DNA of 62,165 nt, counting the filler, from Babesia bigemina (Eukaryota), in NCBI RefSeq assembly GCF_000981445.1. It is 5 parts of 5 records of this genome, joined end to end, with 100 filler letters (N's around TTAATTAATTAA, not from the genome) between each part and the next. Parts side by side here need not be neighbours in the genome. Positions count along the whole stretch, not along the records: positions 52,059 to 62,165 come from NW_012237246.1; 4 more parts are not named here. The stretch is one strand, 5' to 3'. Shown one piece after another: positions 52,249 to 62,165 of this stretch. The notes under the pieces are model-generated. The model saw only the letters and a list, made by a program, of their open reading frames with translations. It did not search any database and was not told where the DNA came from. The translations under genes were made by a program, and so were the position numbers. Position 1 is the first letter of the stretch. Every line of letters starts with the position of its first letter.

Positions 52249-55194
52249 TTGCAGGTTCAATCGTTCTTCGCTGAGCAGAAAATGGCAGACTTAGCAGGTC
52301 TACAAAAATTAATTGACAGGCAAATGAAAAACATCAAACGCATCATCGGAAAACACCTGTCCACCGACCTAAAAGGCTTCCTGAAAACACTTCAATGCGG
52401 ATCCATTAAAGTTACTACAAATAAAAATATCAAGCTACTCACTGACCTCGCATCTGCAATCTCTCGGTCACCCGCCCACAATCCCTCCCATCTCAAACAT
52501 CTCGCCGAGGCCTTCCACGACTTCTGCCAGCCCCTCCACACTTACCTCCTCGGAGAGATCACACGAGCCAACCTAAACAATTCCGGCACCACCCCCAATT
52601 ACTCCGCCCGTCTAAAAAGTATTTTCACCGCCTTTTCCACCCTCCTCCCCCATCTCAGAGAGGCAAACAAGTACGACCACCGGGTCCCCTCCATGCTGTC
52701 CAACCTCCGCGACGCTCTCACAGTCCTCAAGCCTGACGGCTTTTCCACGCCGAACAGTTCCACACTGGACTGCATCACGAGCGGGCTCACGAAATTCGCG
52801 GATGAGCTGGACAAGGCGTACATATCGGTGTATGATGGGCAGGGGTTTGAGGGTAAGGTTGTAGAGGAGACGGGTACCGTAGAGGTTTACACCACCGGAG
52901 TGTATCCGGTATATCTATCGACCGAGTACGGAAAGAAGTGCGCCAAGGTGTTTTGCACGGCGCTCGAAATACTGTTCCACGATCTATCTGAGTTGAGGGA
53001 GGAATGCAAACGCGATTGGAAGGATCTGAACATTTGTATGCACCCCGGTGAGGACATTGAAAATGGCCTAGCCTCATACCTGAAAAACTGTGGTTACGGA
53101 GTGCCAAGCAAGCAAGGCGTGCAGGACGGGGAGTTGAGGTACGGAGAAAGTTGGACTGGTGAGAGTATACGTGCAACTCTGCTCATCAAGCAACATGACG
53201 CTACTCTAACGCGTACAGCATTTAGACTTGTCTACGACACTGACGACAAGGATGACGAGCAAAGCGCACCAACGCATAGTGTCCTTAAGCAGCTCATCGA
53301 CTATCTTATACGCTTCTACCAAGTTTGTCACCACGACACCGCTACTTCAACCAAATATCCTTCCAATGTCTACCAAATGTTAACGTGGCTTAGTGGCCTA
53401 CCTCACAGTACCGTATATGACAAATTGTACCTTAATGGATTCGCTGAACTGTTCGAGAAAAAGGATAACCAAGGGGAGAACAGTGACGGAGGCATCACGT
53501 TCGAAATCGGAGGTGACGGAAGCGACGGATCTTCTATCGCTGTTAGCACCAAAGAGGACAATAAGTTGGAAGCATATCCTGTATCCATTACACCCGCAGG
53601 TCTTTCAGACATCCTCACAGCAGTATGCTCCGGCGCCCACGACGTACTTACCAGCGTACTTGGACACGGTCACGCGGGTGGTCGTTATGCCTGTGACTTT
53701 AACACTAACCCCGATAAATTCTCGTACCCCGCCGACATGGTAACGTTAGCATGTTGGCTGTATGATATCCTCAGACGCGTACACCATCAGCTCTATTTCT
53801 TGTACCAGCAGTGTTATCACAACACTGAACGCAACGGGTGGGCTGAGTGCTATTATGGCCGGTACGTCGCTGGATCATCGTGGCAGTGCAACAGGATGCA
53901 GTGCCCTGACCAAACATGTGAGCAAAAGTGTAAGCAAACATGTAACCAAATACACAACCAAAAGGGTGACCAACACCCTAACTGCGGACTAAAGTCGCCG
54001 CTTCAATCTTTCTTAGAAGATGGTTTACAAGGGTTCTTACCGCATAACGTCAAGTTTGAAAGGGGGAAAATGGAATGTTCAGTTAAAGGTCATTTCAATT
54101 TGCCGTGTAAAACGCCCATGGGTTTCGGAAATATAAGCGACCTGGCGTCACATACGCAGCGAGGCAGGCATATCTACGAAGCGCTTAAGAGACTCTGCGG
54201 AGATGAAAGGTCTCCTCTCCCCAAGCTCTGCGGCCAACTGAGCTGTCTTTTGCCAAGCGCTCCCAAGACGCTTGACGACATGTTCGGTTTCTATTACCGA
54301 TTGCTCAGAGGGTGGAATAGTAATTACCCTAGGCGCCAGGAGCACAGAGAGACAGCTTTAGAAGGTGCTGTCAAAGATGCCAATTTCGGGAATGAAGAAA
54401 CCAAGCTGGACGTCACTACAATATTTAAAAAGAACGATCATGGCTCGAAGGAAAATATGACGCATCTCACCGGAGATCTCTATGCTCTTGTCGACTGTAA
54501 CGGCATGACATCATCTGCTCCATCCCATCCATGTGGCCGCTATATGCGACCGATTTGTCATGACATGTGCGGTACCTTTACAAAAGAGAACGCCGACAAA
54601 TATTTGTCGTGGATTGTTTACTGCACCGAGACGTTCCTTCAGTTGTTGAAACAGCTGTACGAAGAATGTGCCAAAAATTGTGACGGGGAGAGACCTAAGT
54701 GCCGTGTCAGTAAATGTAGGAATGGGTGCAAAGCCTACAACCTCCCCGCAGCTGACGGCTCCACTCACATAGAATCCTGCAATTCAATTGTAAATTGCAA
54801 GTTCATGCGTCCCACATTCTACAAATATGGCTTGGTACTTGGAGATTGCAGAAGTCTATCTGCCAAGACGACAAAGCGCACGTGCAAAGATTTGTGTATT
54901 GTATTGAAGAGCGTGACTAACGAAATAGAAGTGGATGGACATCCGCTTGCCAAATTGGTCCATGTTACTATTCCCCAATTCATCTTCACCATACGCGCCC
55001 CCTTCATCTGGCTCAACGTCGCGCTCTGGCTCCTCTCTCTCCTCTACCTCACCCACATCATGGTCATCCGCCTCGACCTCCTCCACATCAAGTCACACTT
55101 ACACTCACCCTCATCACATCGCATAGCTGCTCAATCACTACTCGCCGCTGCACGTGTTAACAAGCTTAACAGAGTGTTTTACCTGCAACCATAA
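52249..55194 (+). CDS. ves1: VESA1-like protein (gene 8; GHGHAGG subtype), 5' part lost in the gap
   Basis: 981-aa C-terminal part with Cys-rich domain, TM and YLQP; shares a block with gene 1. Confidence 0.8.
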   Translation: MQVQSFFAEQKMADLAGLQKLIDRQMKNIKRIIGKHLSTDLKGFLKTLQCGSIKVTTNKNIKLLTDLASAISRSPAHNPSHLKHLAEAFHDFCQPLHTYLLGEITRANLNNSGTTPNYSARLKSIFTAFSTLLPHLREANKYDHRVPSMLSNLRDALTVLKPDGFSTPNSSTLDCITSGLTKFADELDKAYISVYDGQGFEGKVVEETGTVEVYTTGVYPVYLSTEYGKKCAKVFCTALEILFHDLSELREECKRDWKDLNICMHPGEDIENGLASYLKNCGYGVPSKQGVQDGELRYGESWTGESIRATLLIKQHDATLTRTAFRLVYDTDDKDDEQSAPTHSVLKQLIDYLIRFYQVCHHDTATSTKYPSNVYQMLTWLSGLPHSTVYDKLYLNGFAELFEKKDNQGENSDGGITFEIGGDGSDGSSIAVSTKEDNKLEAYPVSITPAGLSDILTAVCSGAHDVLTSVLGHGHAGGRYACDFNTNPDKFSYPADMVTLACWLYDILRRVHHQLYFLYQQCYHNTERNGWAECYYGRYVAGSSWQCNRMQCPDQTCEQKCKQTCNQIHNQKGDQHPNCGLKSPLQSFLEDGLQGFLPHNVKFERGKMECSVKGHFNLPCKTPMGFGNISDLASHTQRGRHIYEALKRLCGDERSPLPKLCGQLSCLLPSAPKTLDDMFGFYYRLLRGWNSNYPRRQEHRETALEGAVKDANFGNEETKLDVTTIFKKNDHGSKENMTHLTGDLYALVDCNGMTSSAPSHPCGRYMRPICHDMCGTFTKENADKYLSWIVYCTETFLQLLKQLYEECAKNCDGERPKCRVSKCRNGCKAYNLPAADGSTHIESCNSIVNCKFMRPTFYKYGLVLGDCRSLSAKTTKRTCKDLCIVLKSVTNEIEVDGHPLAKLVHVTIPQFIFTIRAPFIWLNVALWLLSLLYLTHIMVIRLDLLHIKSHLHSPSSHRIAAQSLLAAARVNKLNRVFYLQP

Positions 55195-55316
55195 TCGTAC
55201 TCACGTGTTCAATATCTACACTCACCTAGCATCACCTACTCACCTAACTTATGAATTGTGCTTTAATCTGTTGCATCACTCATTAATCGTTGTATGTGGT
55301 TGTGTAATAGTTAACT

Positions 55317-55510
55317 AAAGTGTTGACCAATGTGCTGCCCAATGCTGTAACTAAGGTGCTGACCAATGCCATGACCAACGTGCTGACCAAAGTGCTGACC
55401 AAGGTGCTGACCAAGGTGCTGACCAACGTGTTGACCAAAGTGGTGACCAACGTGCTGACCAAGGTGCTGACCAAAGTGGTGACCAAAGTGGTGACCAACG
55501 TGTTGACCAA
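55317..55510. repeat. Repeat C array
   Basis: 12-bp units. Confidence 0.92.
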
Positions 55511-55516
55511 GTTGAT

Positions 55517-55676
55517 GGTCACGGCAGCGATGACATGGTCACGGCAGCGATGACATGGTCACGGCAGCGATGACATGGTCACGGCAGCGATGACATGGTC
55601 ACGGCAGCGATGACAGTTGATGGTTACGGCAGCGATGACAGTTGATGGTCACGGCAGCGATGACAGCGATGACAGT
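55517..55676. repeat. Repeat B array
   Basis: 20-bp units. Confidence 0.92.
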
Positions 55677-55709
55677 GGTGACCAAGCACCTGACCTAAGC
55701 GGTGATTAT

Positions 55710-56057
55710 TACCCACCCTACATCGCCCCTTTACCCACTCTAAATCGCTCCCTAATCCACTCTACATCGCCCCTTAACCAACTCTACATCGCTCCCTTAT
55801 CCACTCCACATCGCTCCTTTACCCACTCCACATCGCCCCTTTACCCACTCTACATCGCTCCCTTACCCACTCTACATCGCTCCCTAACCCACTCTACATC
55901 GCCCCTTTATCCACTCTACATCGCTCTTTTATCCACTCTACATCGCTCCCTAACCCACTCCACATCGCCCCTTAATCCACTCCACATCGCTCCTTTATCC
56001 ACTCTACATCGCCCCTTTGTCCACTCTACATCGCTCCTCTACCCACTCTACATCGCT
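55710..56057. repeat. Repeat A array upstream of gene 9
   Basis: Tandem units. Confidence 0.93.
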
Positions 56058-56296
56058 CGAATTACCTCGCCATAATACCGCTATGACCTCTCTAAACCAT
56101 CCTAATAACTTGTGCCTTGTCACCCTTCCCTTCCCCCTCTACCACCTGTTGCCACTGCCATGTCCTGTCATGTTCACCTTAACTCCAAATCTCTCGAATT
56201 ATATCGCCATATCAACGCTATGACCTCCATTAATTATGACCATAACTTGTTGTTACTTCCCACTCCCGTCGTTATGACGATGCTACTAAGAAAGCC

Positions 56297-59200
56297 TTGC
56301 AGGACATTGAGTCCAAGTTGAAGCAGGTTAAAAATCTCCAAAAAAATCTTGAAGGATTGACTGACCAAAACAGTTGTCAAAAGCTGTTAGAGAATCTTTG
56401 TGACGGTCTTCAGACTTTCCTCGGCTTCAACTCTGAGACCAAAGGCTACGATGGCAGTGGGATTGTCTACTCTGACCTTGACAGGCTGTGTGACGGGGTG
56501 ATGGGATTTTTGAGTGGTGTGCTTGGTGCGGTGAAAAAAGATCCAAGCGTTTCAACGTATTATAAGAACATGGATAAGACACTCCAAAAAATTAAAGACA
56601 GTATGCACAATCCTGGCGGATTGTCTGCGGCCGTTGACGCTGTGAGCACGGCGCTGGGGGAGTGGGATGGAGAGCTCACTAGTAGAACAAAGTACACTAT
56701 AGATAAATTCAAAACTCTAACAACTGTTAATATTAGTAATATGCATGATGCACTTAATGATTTAAATAGACTTAGTGATGATGCTGACTTGCAGTATGTC
56801 GCCGCCCATCTGGGCAACTGTATCTCCAAGGCCCAGGAACTGTCCACGGCATTTGACCATGCAGAGGGCGGTTATAAAACGCTCGACAAAAACCTGAAAG
56901 ATAAGTTGAAAAATGCTGTATTTGAAATTAAGTTGCAGGTTAAATCGTTCGTGGAGGCGGCGAAGAATGAGGAGTTGAAGGAACTATTAAGAGAGACGGA
57001 AATACAGCTTAATGTTCTAAAACGGCAAGTGAGAGATAGAGTGGAAAAACGTATTGGACAATTGACGGATACATTGCAAAGAACTTTTGAAACGCGTATT
57101 AAAACGCCTATTGAAAACCTAAATGAGAAATTGGGAGCCATCCATAATAATTTGGATGCATGGCTTCGAAAGACGAGTGCTGTAATTGACAGTGCAATTA
57201 AAAAGGCAACACAAATTCATGAGCGGTTAGTGAAACAGACGCGAATAATAAAAGAAGGAGCGGACGGCTTTGAAAGGGATGCTGAAAAAAGAGTATCGGG
57301 TATGATAGATTCCGTAAGGAGCCTTCTGGGAGATGCTCGGAAAAGTGGGCATAACCTTGAAAAGGCGTCGCAAAATGCTAGTGAGCAGATGTTACATTTG
57401 AAGGACATGGCAACAGACGTATTTGCGAGAGCAAAGTGCATCGCAGAAAATATAAAACTTCTCGATAATAAAATTAAAAATAAAGCCGACGACGAAATGA
57501 ACAAAGTGTTTTTTCATTCCATGGCCATTGATGTTAACGATATACAAGGCGAAATTGAGGCGTTAGTAAACGGAATTAATGAAGCGATTGGGAACCTGGC
57601 TGAAACTATTGTTAGCGATAATATTAAGTCTATCAAAGATATGCTAACAAAACTTAATAGAGAAGACATTACTGGTCTAAAAACAACCATTGAGAAAGTT
57701 AATGAGGAATCCAGTGCATTGGATAAGATGCAATATCCCACGTTGAATTACTTAAAATATATAGTAGGCCCAAGCACCAATGGTACAACCATATTTGATA
57801 AGTTGAAGAATGCTCTCACAATACCGGCATCATCAGCCAAACGGATGGCTGTTAGAACCACAGTTGCTGCGCAATCCCCTGATCAAGAGAAAAGTCCTGC
57901 CGAGAATGTGGACGCCGCGATCGAGAAAGTGAGGACGAAAGTTAAGCAGCTGCAGACTGAGTTCGAAAAAAAGTATAGCACTCCTAAATCACATATTCAA
58001 TCACTTCGAAAGACTTTGGCAGACATTAAACAATTTTCTGGTTATCTTGTTGCGAAAGAAACGGGCATCCCAAACGATGTTAGCCTAGTTGAACGAAACA
58101 TAAGAAATTTCGAAAATCAATTTAAGAAGCTGATTGATGCCGTCGAGACAAGCAAGGTAACCCGCCATATCAATGAATTAGGTAATGCTCTTGGTAGCTC
58201 CATGAATCAGATTGTCAAATACATTAGCGACACTGGGAAGCATTTCAGCGCACTTACGGAGGAACTGAGTAAGCTACAAAACGAGTTGTATGATGAAAAA
58301 GACAAAGATGTTATTGAGAGGTTAAGTGATGTCTTGAGTAAAGGATTTTTTGGTTTTAAGGAATGGAATGGTATCGTGAGTTTCACGACATTGCTAGCAG
58401 AAATTAAAAGTATAATCGATGGGCCAAATACAGCAAATACACTAGCCAGAATCATTGAAGACGCCAATACATTTTACAGTTCCGTCATCCACTACGAAGC
58501 AGAGACAGTTATCGCCCATCTTCAAGCTTTCGTAGCTGGACGTTCCGCTGCCGCTCTTACTGCCATTCAGTCTAGAGCCAAAGAAGATTATTATGAAGCA
58601 ACCCGCAAAATGTTTACAGCCATGCAACGAGATGTTCATATGCAAATTGATGAAATTAATAACCTAATTGCGCTTGACTACAATAACGGAGTTAAAGGCC
58701 TATTGAAGAGAGTAATGGATAAGGATAATGCGTTTTCCGGTTCGAATAATAAGCTGAAGAAACTGGATGTAAAGAAGACTGATTCCATTCAAGCAAACGA
58801 ACGGCTCAGAAGTCTATCAGCTAACCTGAAAGCATATCTCGTTAATATTTTAAGTTACGTCTTTTACCCGGTAGGCACTGGACTGACCGATGACCCAGCT
58901 AAAAAAGTGAAAAATATTCAGACCGATGTAGATGAATTACTTGAACATTTAAGTGTCTCAAATGACTCTAAAAAGTATAATTATGATAACAAATTCGTCA
59001 CTTTTCTCACCTCCCTCTCCTCCTCCCTCACCGCTCTCCACCCCTCCGCCTTCGCGAACCCCCGGCACCCGGAGCTGCTCGATGCGGTCAGAGCGGGGCT
59101 GCAGGGGTTTGTCAAGGAGATGGAGCGGGTGTATGTGAACGGGTATGATGGAGGGGAGGGGATTAAAATGTGGTACAAAAATGACAAGGAAAGTGGTTAT

Positions 59201-61387
59201 TTGACCACTAAAGGAAGAAACGGCGCTAAGGTATTTTTGAGTTTCCTACCAATGTTGTTGGAGGACCTTACTAAGTTAAATGATAAGTGTCGCGGTAATT
59301 GGAAAAATCAATTTATATGTGAAACGAACGGTGAAAACGAGAATCTTCTCGGTAAATTTCTCAAGCGCTGTGGCTACAAGGTCGCCAAATCGGACACCTC
59401 CAAGGACGGCGAGTCGGAATGTAAGAAAAGTAGAATTGGTATCAATATTTATGATAGACTTGCAACGCGCATATTTGACGCCTCAATTGTGAATCATCTC
59501 AAAGCATGTGACTACAATAAGGATAACAAGAAGGAAGGGCCGGAGAAAGTGAATTTCGACTACTTCGATTTACTTAAATGCCTTTACCATCACTTGGACC
59601 AATTCAATGAAGTAGGTCACCTATCAACTCTGGGGTCGAGGAGACAACCATGCTCCGTCTACGAGATGCTCTTATGGCTGTCTGGTCTCCCGCATCATCC
59701 GGTGCATACAGCTATGCGTGATGAAACTATCCTTGAAATAATCGAAAACATAAATAAAGATGAGAAGAAGACAGACATAGAGGCAGACGGCTTTACGTTC
59801 TCCATGGGTGAGACCATAAGCATATGCCTAGAAGCTTACCCAAGAAAGGTACCGTATGATTCCTTACAAAAAGCGGTGACACACATCTGCTCCCAAGCGT
59901 ATGACGTACTGTGCGCCATTGCTGGAACTGGTGACGCCGACACATTCTACGCAAGTGACTACTGCAACAACTCAATGAAATTCAACTACCCGGCTTCAGG
60001 GGAAGACTGCCTCGACATGTTCCTCGATATTCTTCGCCGAATGTTACCGACGTTGCAATTCTTGAAACAACAGTGTGAGCTAAGCACCAATATGAACGGC
60101 TGGCAACAATGCAAGTACGGTAAAGATATAAAGACAGGCAAATGGCCATGTAACGAACACTCAAGTGATGAATCAAACGATGAAACAAATTGCCAACCAA
60201 ACTCACCACTAATGGGCTACCTTAACGATTGTTTACCCGGTCACCTGCCGCATCAACTCAGCAAAATTGGCTGTAAATACGAATGTAATACCTGCCCCTC
60301 TACCTTAAAGAAGGGTATGCCCTGCTTGACTCCATTGGGTTTCAGAGGTTTCTCTGGAAACACCAAAAGAGGCAAAGAGCTGGGTGAAGTGCTCACTAAA
60401 TTCTTAGGTAACGAGTATATTCAAGGCCTATTCTGCCTACAGCCTCAGCCACCCAAAACGTTGCCCGAACATTTCGGATTTGCATTAACGCTGGTGAAGG
60501 GATGGATTAATATTACTAATTTCCGGAACAAAGGCTTACCTAATATCAGTTTTCAATCAGCGTTTGAAGCATCCGTTCGCGACTTGTCTATTGATCTATA
60601 TTCAGATCCCTATGAGTTAACAAAATCGTTAACCAAATCATATGGTTCGCAGTCCGTTGTTCATGATTCGTGTGAGCATCCGCACCTCGTGAATTTCACA
60701 AGCTCAGATATATGCACTAACAGGCGTTCGGATGTAAGTTGCGCATCCTACCTTAATATCGCATCGAACGAAACCTACAGTTACCTAGTAAACAAACACG
60801 CCGGACTCTACGTATCATGGGCTGTTTACTTGCCATGGTCGTTTTGGGAGTTACTCAACAATTTGTATAAAGATTTTTGTAACATATTCTGTGCCGATTG
60901 GGGCTGCCGTGGATGCCTCCGCGGCGACAAATGCAAACGTGGAGAGCATGGTACTGTTGATGACAAAACTGGTGATGCAAAATGTAAATGCAGTTCCATA
61001 GTTCGATGTAAAGGCGTACCACCTCTACTATATAGATATGGATTTGCCTTCGGAAATGTGTCAGAATTGGACGAAACGAAATTCGAAAAAACATGCTCCA
61101 ATTTCTGCCACCAATTGAAGAAACTTCTCGACTCGAAATACTTCATTGACCTCTTCGAAAACTGCGACAAATTCATTTTTACAATCCGCGCCCCCTTCAT
61201 CTGGCTCAACGTCGCCCTCTGGCTCCTCTCCTTGCTGTACCTCCTCCACATCATGGTCATCCGCCTAGACCTGCTCCACATCAAATCGCATCTACATAGT
61301 CCCTCGAGTCATCGCATCGCTGCTCAATCACTGCTCGCCGCTGCACGCGTTGGCAAGCTCAGCAAAGTGTTTTATCTGCAACCATAA
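56297..61387 (+). CDS. ves1: VESA1-like protein (gene 9; GTGD subtype, type II leader); first ATG at 56501
   Basis: 1696-aa ORF with conserved motifs, TM and YLQP. Confidence 0.85.
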   Translation: MQDIESKLKQVKNLQKNLEGLTDQNSCQKLLENLCDGLQTFLGFNSETKGYDGSGIVYSDLDRLCDGVMGFLSGVLGAVKKDPSVSTYYKNMDKTLQKIKDSMHNPGGLSAAVDAVSTALGEWDGELTSRTKYTIDKFKTLTTVNISNMHDALNDLNRLSDDADLQYVAAHLGNCISKAQELSTAFDHAEGGYKTLDKNLKDKLKNAVFEIKLQVKSFVEAAKNEELKELLRETEIQLNVLKRQVRDRVEKRIGQLTDTLQRTFETRIKTPIENLNEKLGAIHNNLDAWLRKTSAVIDSAIKKATQIHERLVKQTRIIKEGADGFERDAEKRVSGMIDSVRSLLGDARKSGHNLEKASQNASEQMLHLKDMATDVFARAKCIAENIKLLDNKIKNKADDEMNKVFFHSMAIDVNDIQGEIEALVNGINEAIGNLAETIVSDNIKSIKDMLTKLNREDITGLKTTIEKVNEESSALDKMQYPTLNYLKYIVGPSTNGTTIFDKLKNALTIPASSAKRMAVRTTVAAQSPDQEKSPAENVDAAIEKVRTKVKQLQTEFEKKYSTPKSHIQSLRKTLADIKQFSGYLVAKETGIPNDVSLVERNIRNFENQFKKLIDAVETSKVTRHINELGNALGSSMNQIVKYISDTGKHFSALTEELSKLQNELYDEKDKDVIERLSDVLSKGFFGFKEWNGIVSFTTLLAEIKSIIDGPNTANTLARIIEDANTFYSSVIHYEAETVIAHLQAFVAGRSAAALTAIQSRAKEDYYEATRKMFTAMQRDVHMQIDEINNLIALDYNNGVKGLLKRVMDKDNAFSGSNNKLKKLDVKKTDSIQANERLRSLSANLKAYLVNILSYVFYPVGTGLTDDPAKKVKNIQTDVDELLEHLSVSNDSKKYNYDNKFVTFLTSLSSSLTALHPSAFANPRHPELLDAVRAGLQGFVKEMERVYVNGYDGGEGIKMWYKNDKESGYLTTKGRNGAKVFLSFLPMLLEDLTKLNDKCRGNWKNQFICETNGENENLLGKFLKRCGYKVAKSDTSKDGESECKKSRIGINIYDRLATRIFDASIVNHLKACDYNKDNKKEGPEKVNFDYFDLLKCLYHHLDQFNEVGHLSTLGSRRQPCSVYEMLLWLSGLPHHPVHTAMRDETILEIIENINKDEKKTDIEADGFTFSMGETISICLEAYPRKVPYDSLQKAVTHICSQAYDVLCAIAGTGDADTFYASDYCNNSMKFNYPASGEDCLDMFLDILRRMLPTLQFLKQQCELSTNMNGWQQCKYGKDIKTGKWPCNEHSSDESNDETNCQPNSPLMGYLNDCLPGHLPHQLSKIGCKYECNTCPSTLKKGMPCLTPLGFRGFSGNTKRGKELGEVLTKFLGNEYIQGLFCLQPQPPKTLPEHFGFALTLVKGWINITNFRNKGLPNISFQSAFEASVRDLSIDLYSDPYELTKSLTKSYGSQSVVHDSCEHPHLVNFTSSDICTNRRSDVSCASYLNIASNETYSYLVNKHAGLYVSWAVYLPWSFWELLNNLYKDFCNIFCADWGCRGCLRGDKCKRGEHGTVDDKTGDAKCKCSSIVRCKGVPPLLYRYGFAFGNVSELDETKFEKTCSNFCHQLKKLLDSKYFIDLFENCDKFIFTIRAPFIWLNVALWLLSLLYLLHIMVIRLDLLHIKSHLHSPSSHRIAAQSLLAAARVGKLSKVFYLQP

Positions 61388-61511
61388 TCGTACTCACGTG
61401 TTTACTGTCTACACTCACCTAGCATCACCTACTCACCTATACAACTAATTGTTTTCTAATGTTTTGAATCACTCATTAATCGTTGTATGTGATGGTGTAG
61501 TAGTTAACTGA

Positions 61512-61691
61512 TGTGGTGACCAAGATGCTGACCAAAGTGCTGACCAACGTGTTGACCAATGTGCTGACCAAAGTGCTGACCAACGTGTTGACCAATGCCA
61601 TGACCAATGTGCTGACCAAAGTGTTGACCAACGTGTTGACCAACGTGCTGACCAAAGTGTTGACCAACGTGTTGACCAACGTGCTGACCAA
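61512..61691. repeat. Repeat C array
   Basis: 12-bp units. Confidence 0.92.
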
Positions 61692-61696
61692 GTTGA

Positions 61697-61820
61697 TGGT
61701 CACGGCAGCGAGGACATGGACACGGCAGCGATGAGATGGACACGGCAGCGATGACATCAACACGGCAGCGATGACATCAACACGGCAGCGATGACATCAA
61801 CACGGCAGCGATGACATGGT
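61697..61820. repeat. Repeat B array
   Basis: 20-bp units. Confidence 0.9.
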
Positions 61821-61839
61821 GACCAAAGTGGTGATTATT

Positions 61840-62165
61840 ACCCACTCCACATCGCCCCCTTATCCACTCTACATCGCTCCTTAACCCACTCCACATCGCT
61901 CCTAACCCACTCTACATCGCCCCTCTATCCACCCTACATCGCTCCTTTACCCCACTCCAATCGCTCCTTTATCCACTCCACATCGCTCCTTTATCCACTC
62001 CACATCGCTCGTTAACCCACTCTACAATCCCCCCCTAAACCACTTCTACATCGCCCCTTAACCCACTCTACATCGTTCCCTTATCCACTCTACATAGTTC
62101 TCTTATCCACTCTACATCGCCCCTTTACCCCACTCTACATCGCACCCTTTACCCACTCAAAATCG
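61840..62165. repeat. Repeat A array, degenerate at the window end
   Basis: Tandem units; implies another cassette to the right. Confidence 0.9.

Noticed and set aside
52059..52250. Frameshifted 5' part of gene 8 suggesting a pseudogene, and the 60-aa ORF at 52092
   Set aside because: Lies at a contig edge next to a gap, so errors cannot be distinguished from real lesions

Overview
Eukaryotic (piroplasm) sequence, most likely Babesia bigemina or a close relative such as B. ovata. It is a tandem array of nine large intron-free ves1/VESA1-like variant surface antigen ORFs: four on the - strand, then five on the + strand, three of them cut by gaps. Four 100-nt artificial scaffold gaps (N44-TTAATTAATTAA-N44) interrupt it. 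In gene orientation, the genes sit in a stereotyped cassette: 12-bp (or 24-bp) repeat array, 20-bp array, short junction, 21-22-bp telomere-like array, conserved ~30-nt leader junction, ves ORF, conserved 3' box. Six of the seven ves genes with a visible 5' end have an in-frame stop in an otherwise homologous leader and no in-frame ATG before the conserved 'M(G/A)FL'. The genes are mosaics of shared blocks, consistent with an archive of gene-conversion cassettes. An accessory module occurs twice (about 18770-21020 on - and 48370-51240 on +). It comprises a 24-bp array, a conserved ~500-bp non-coding block, a ~76-bp repeat shaped like a mini-intron plus exon, a 135-aa 18-cysteine single-TM protein of a family I do not recognise, and headless TM/tail cassettes. 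Family names come from recalled motifs; no database search was run, and repeat boundaries are approximate.
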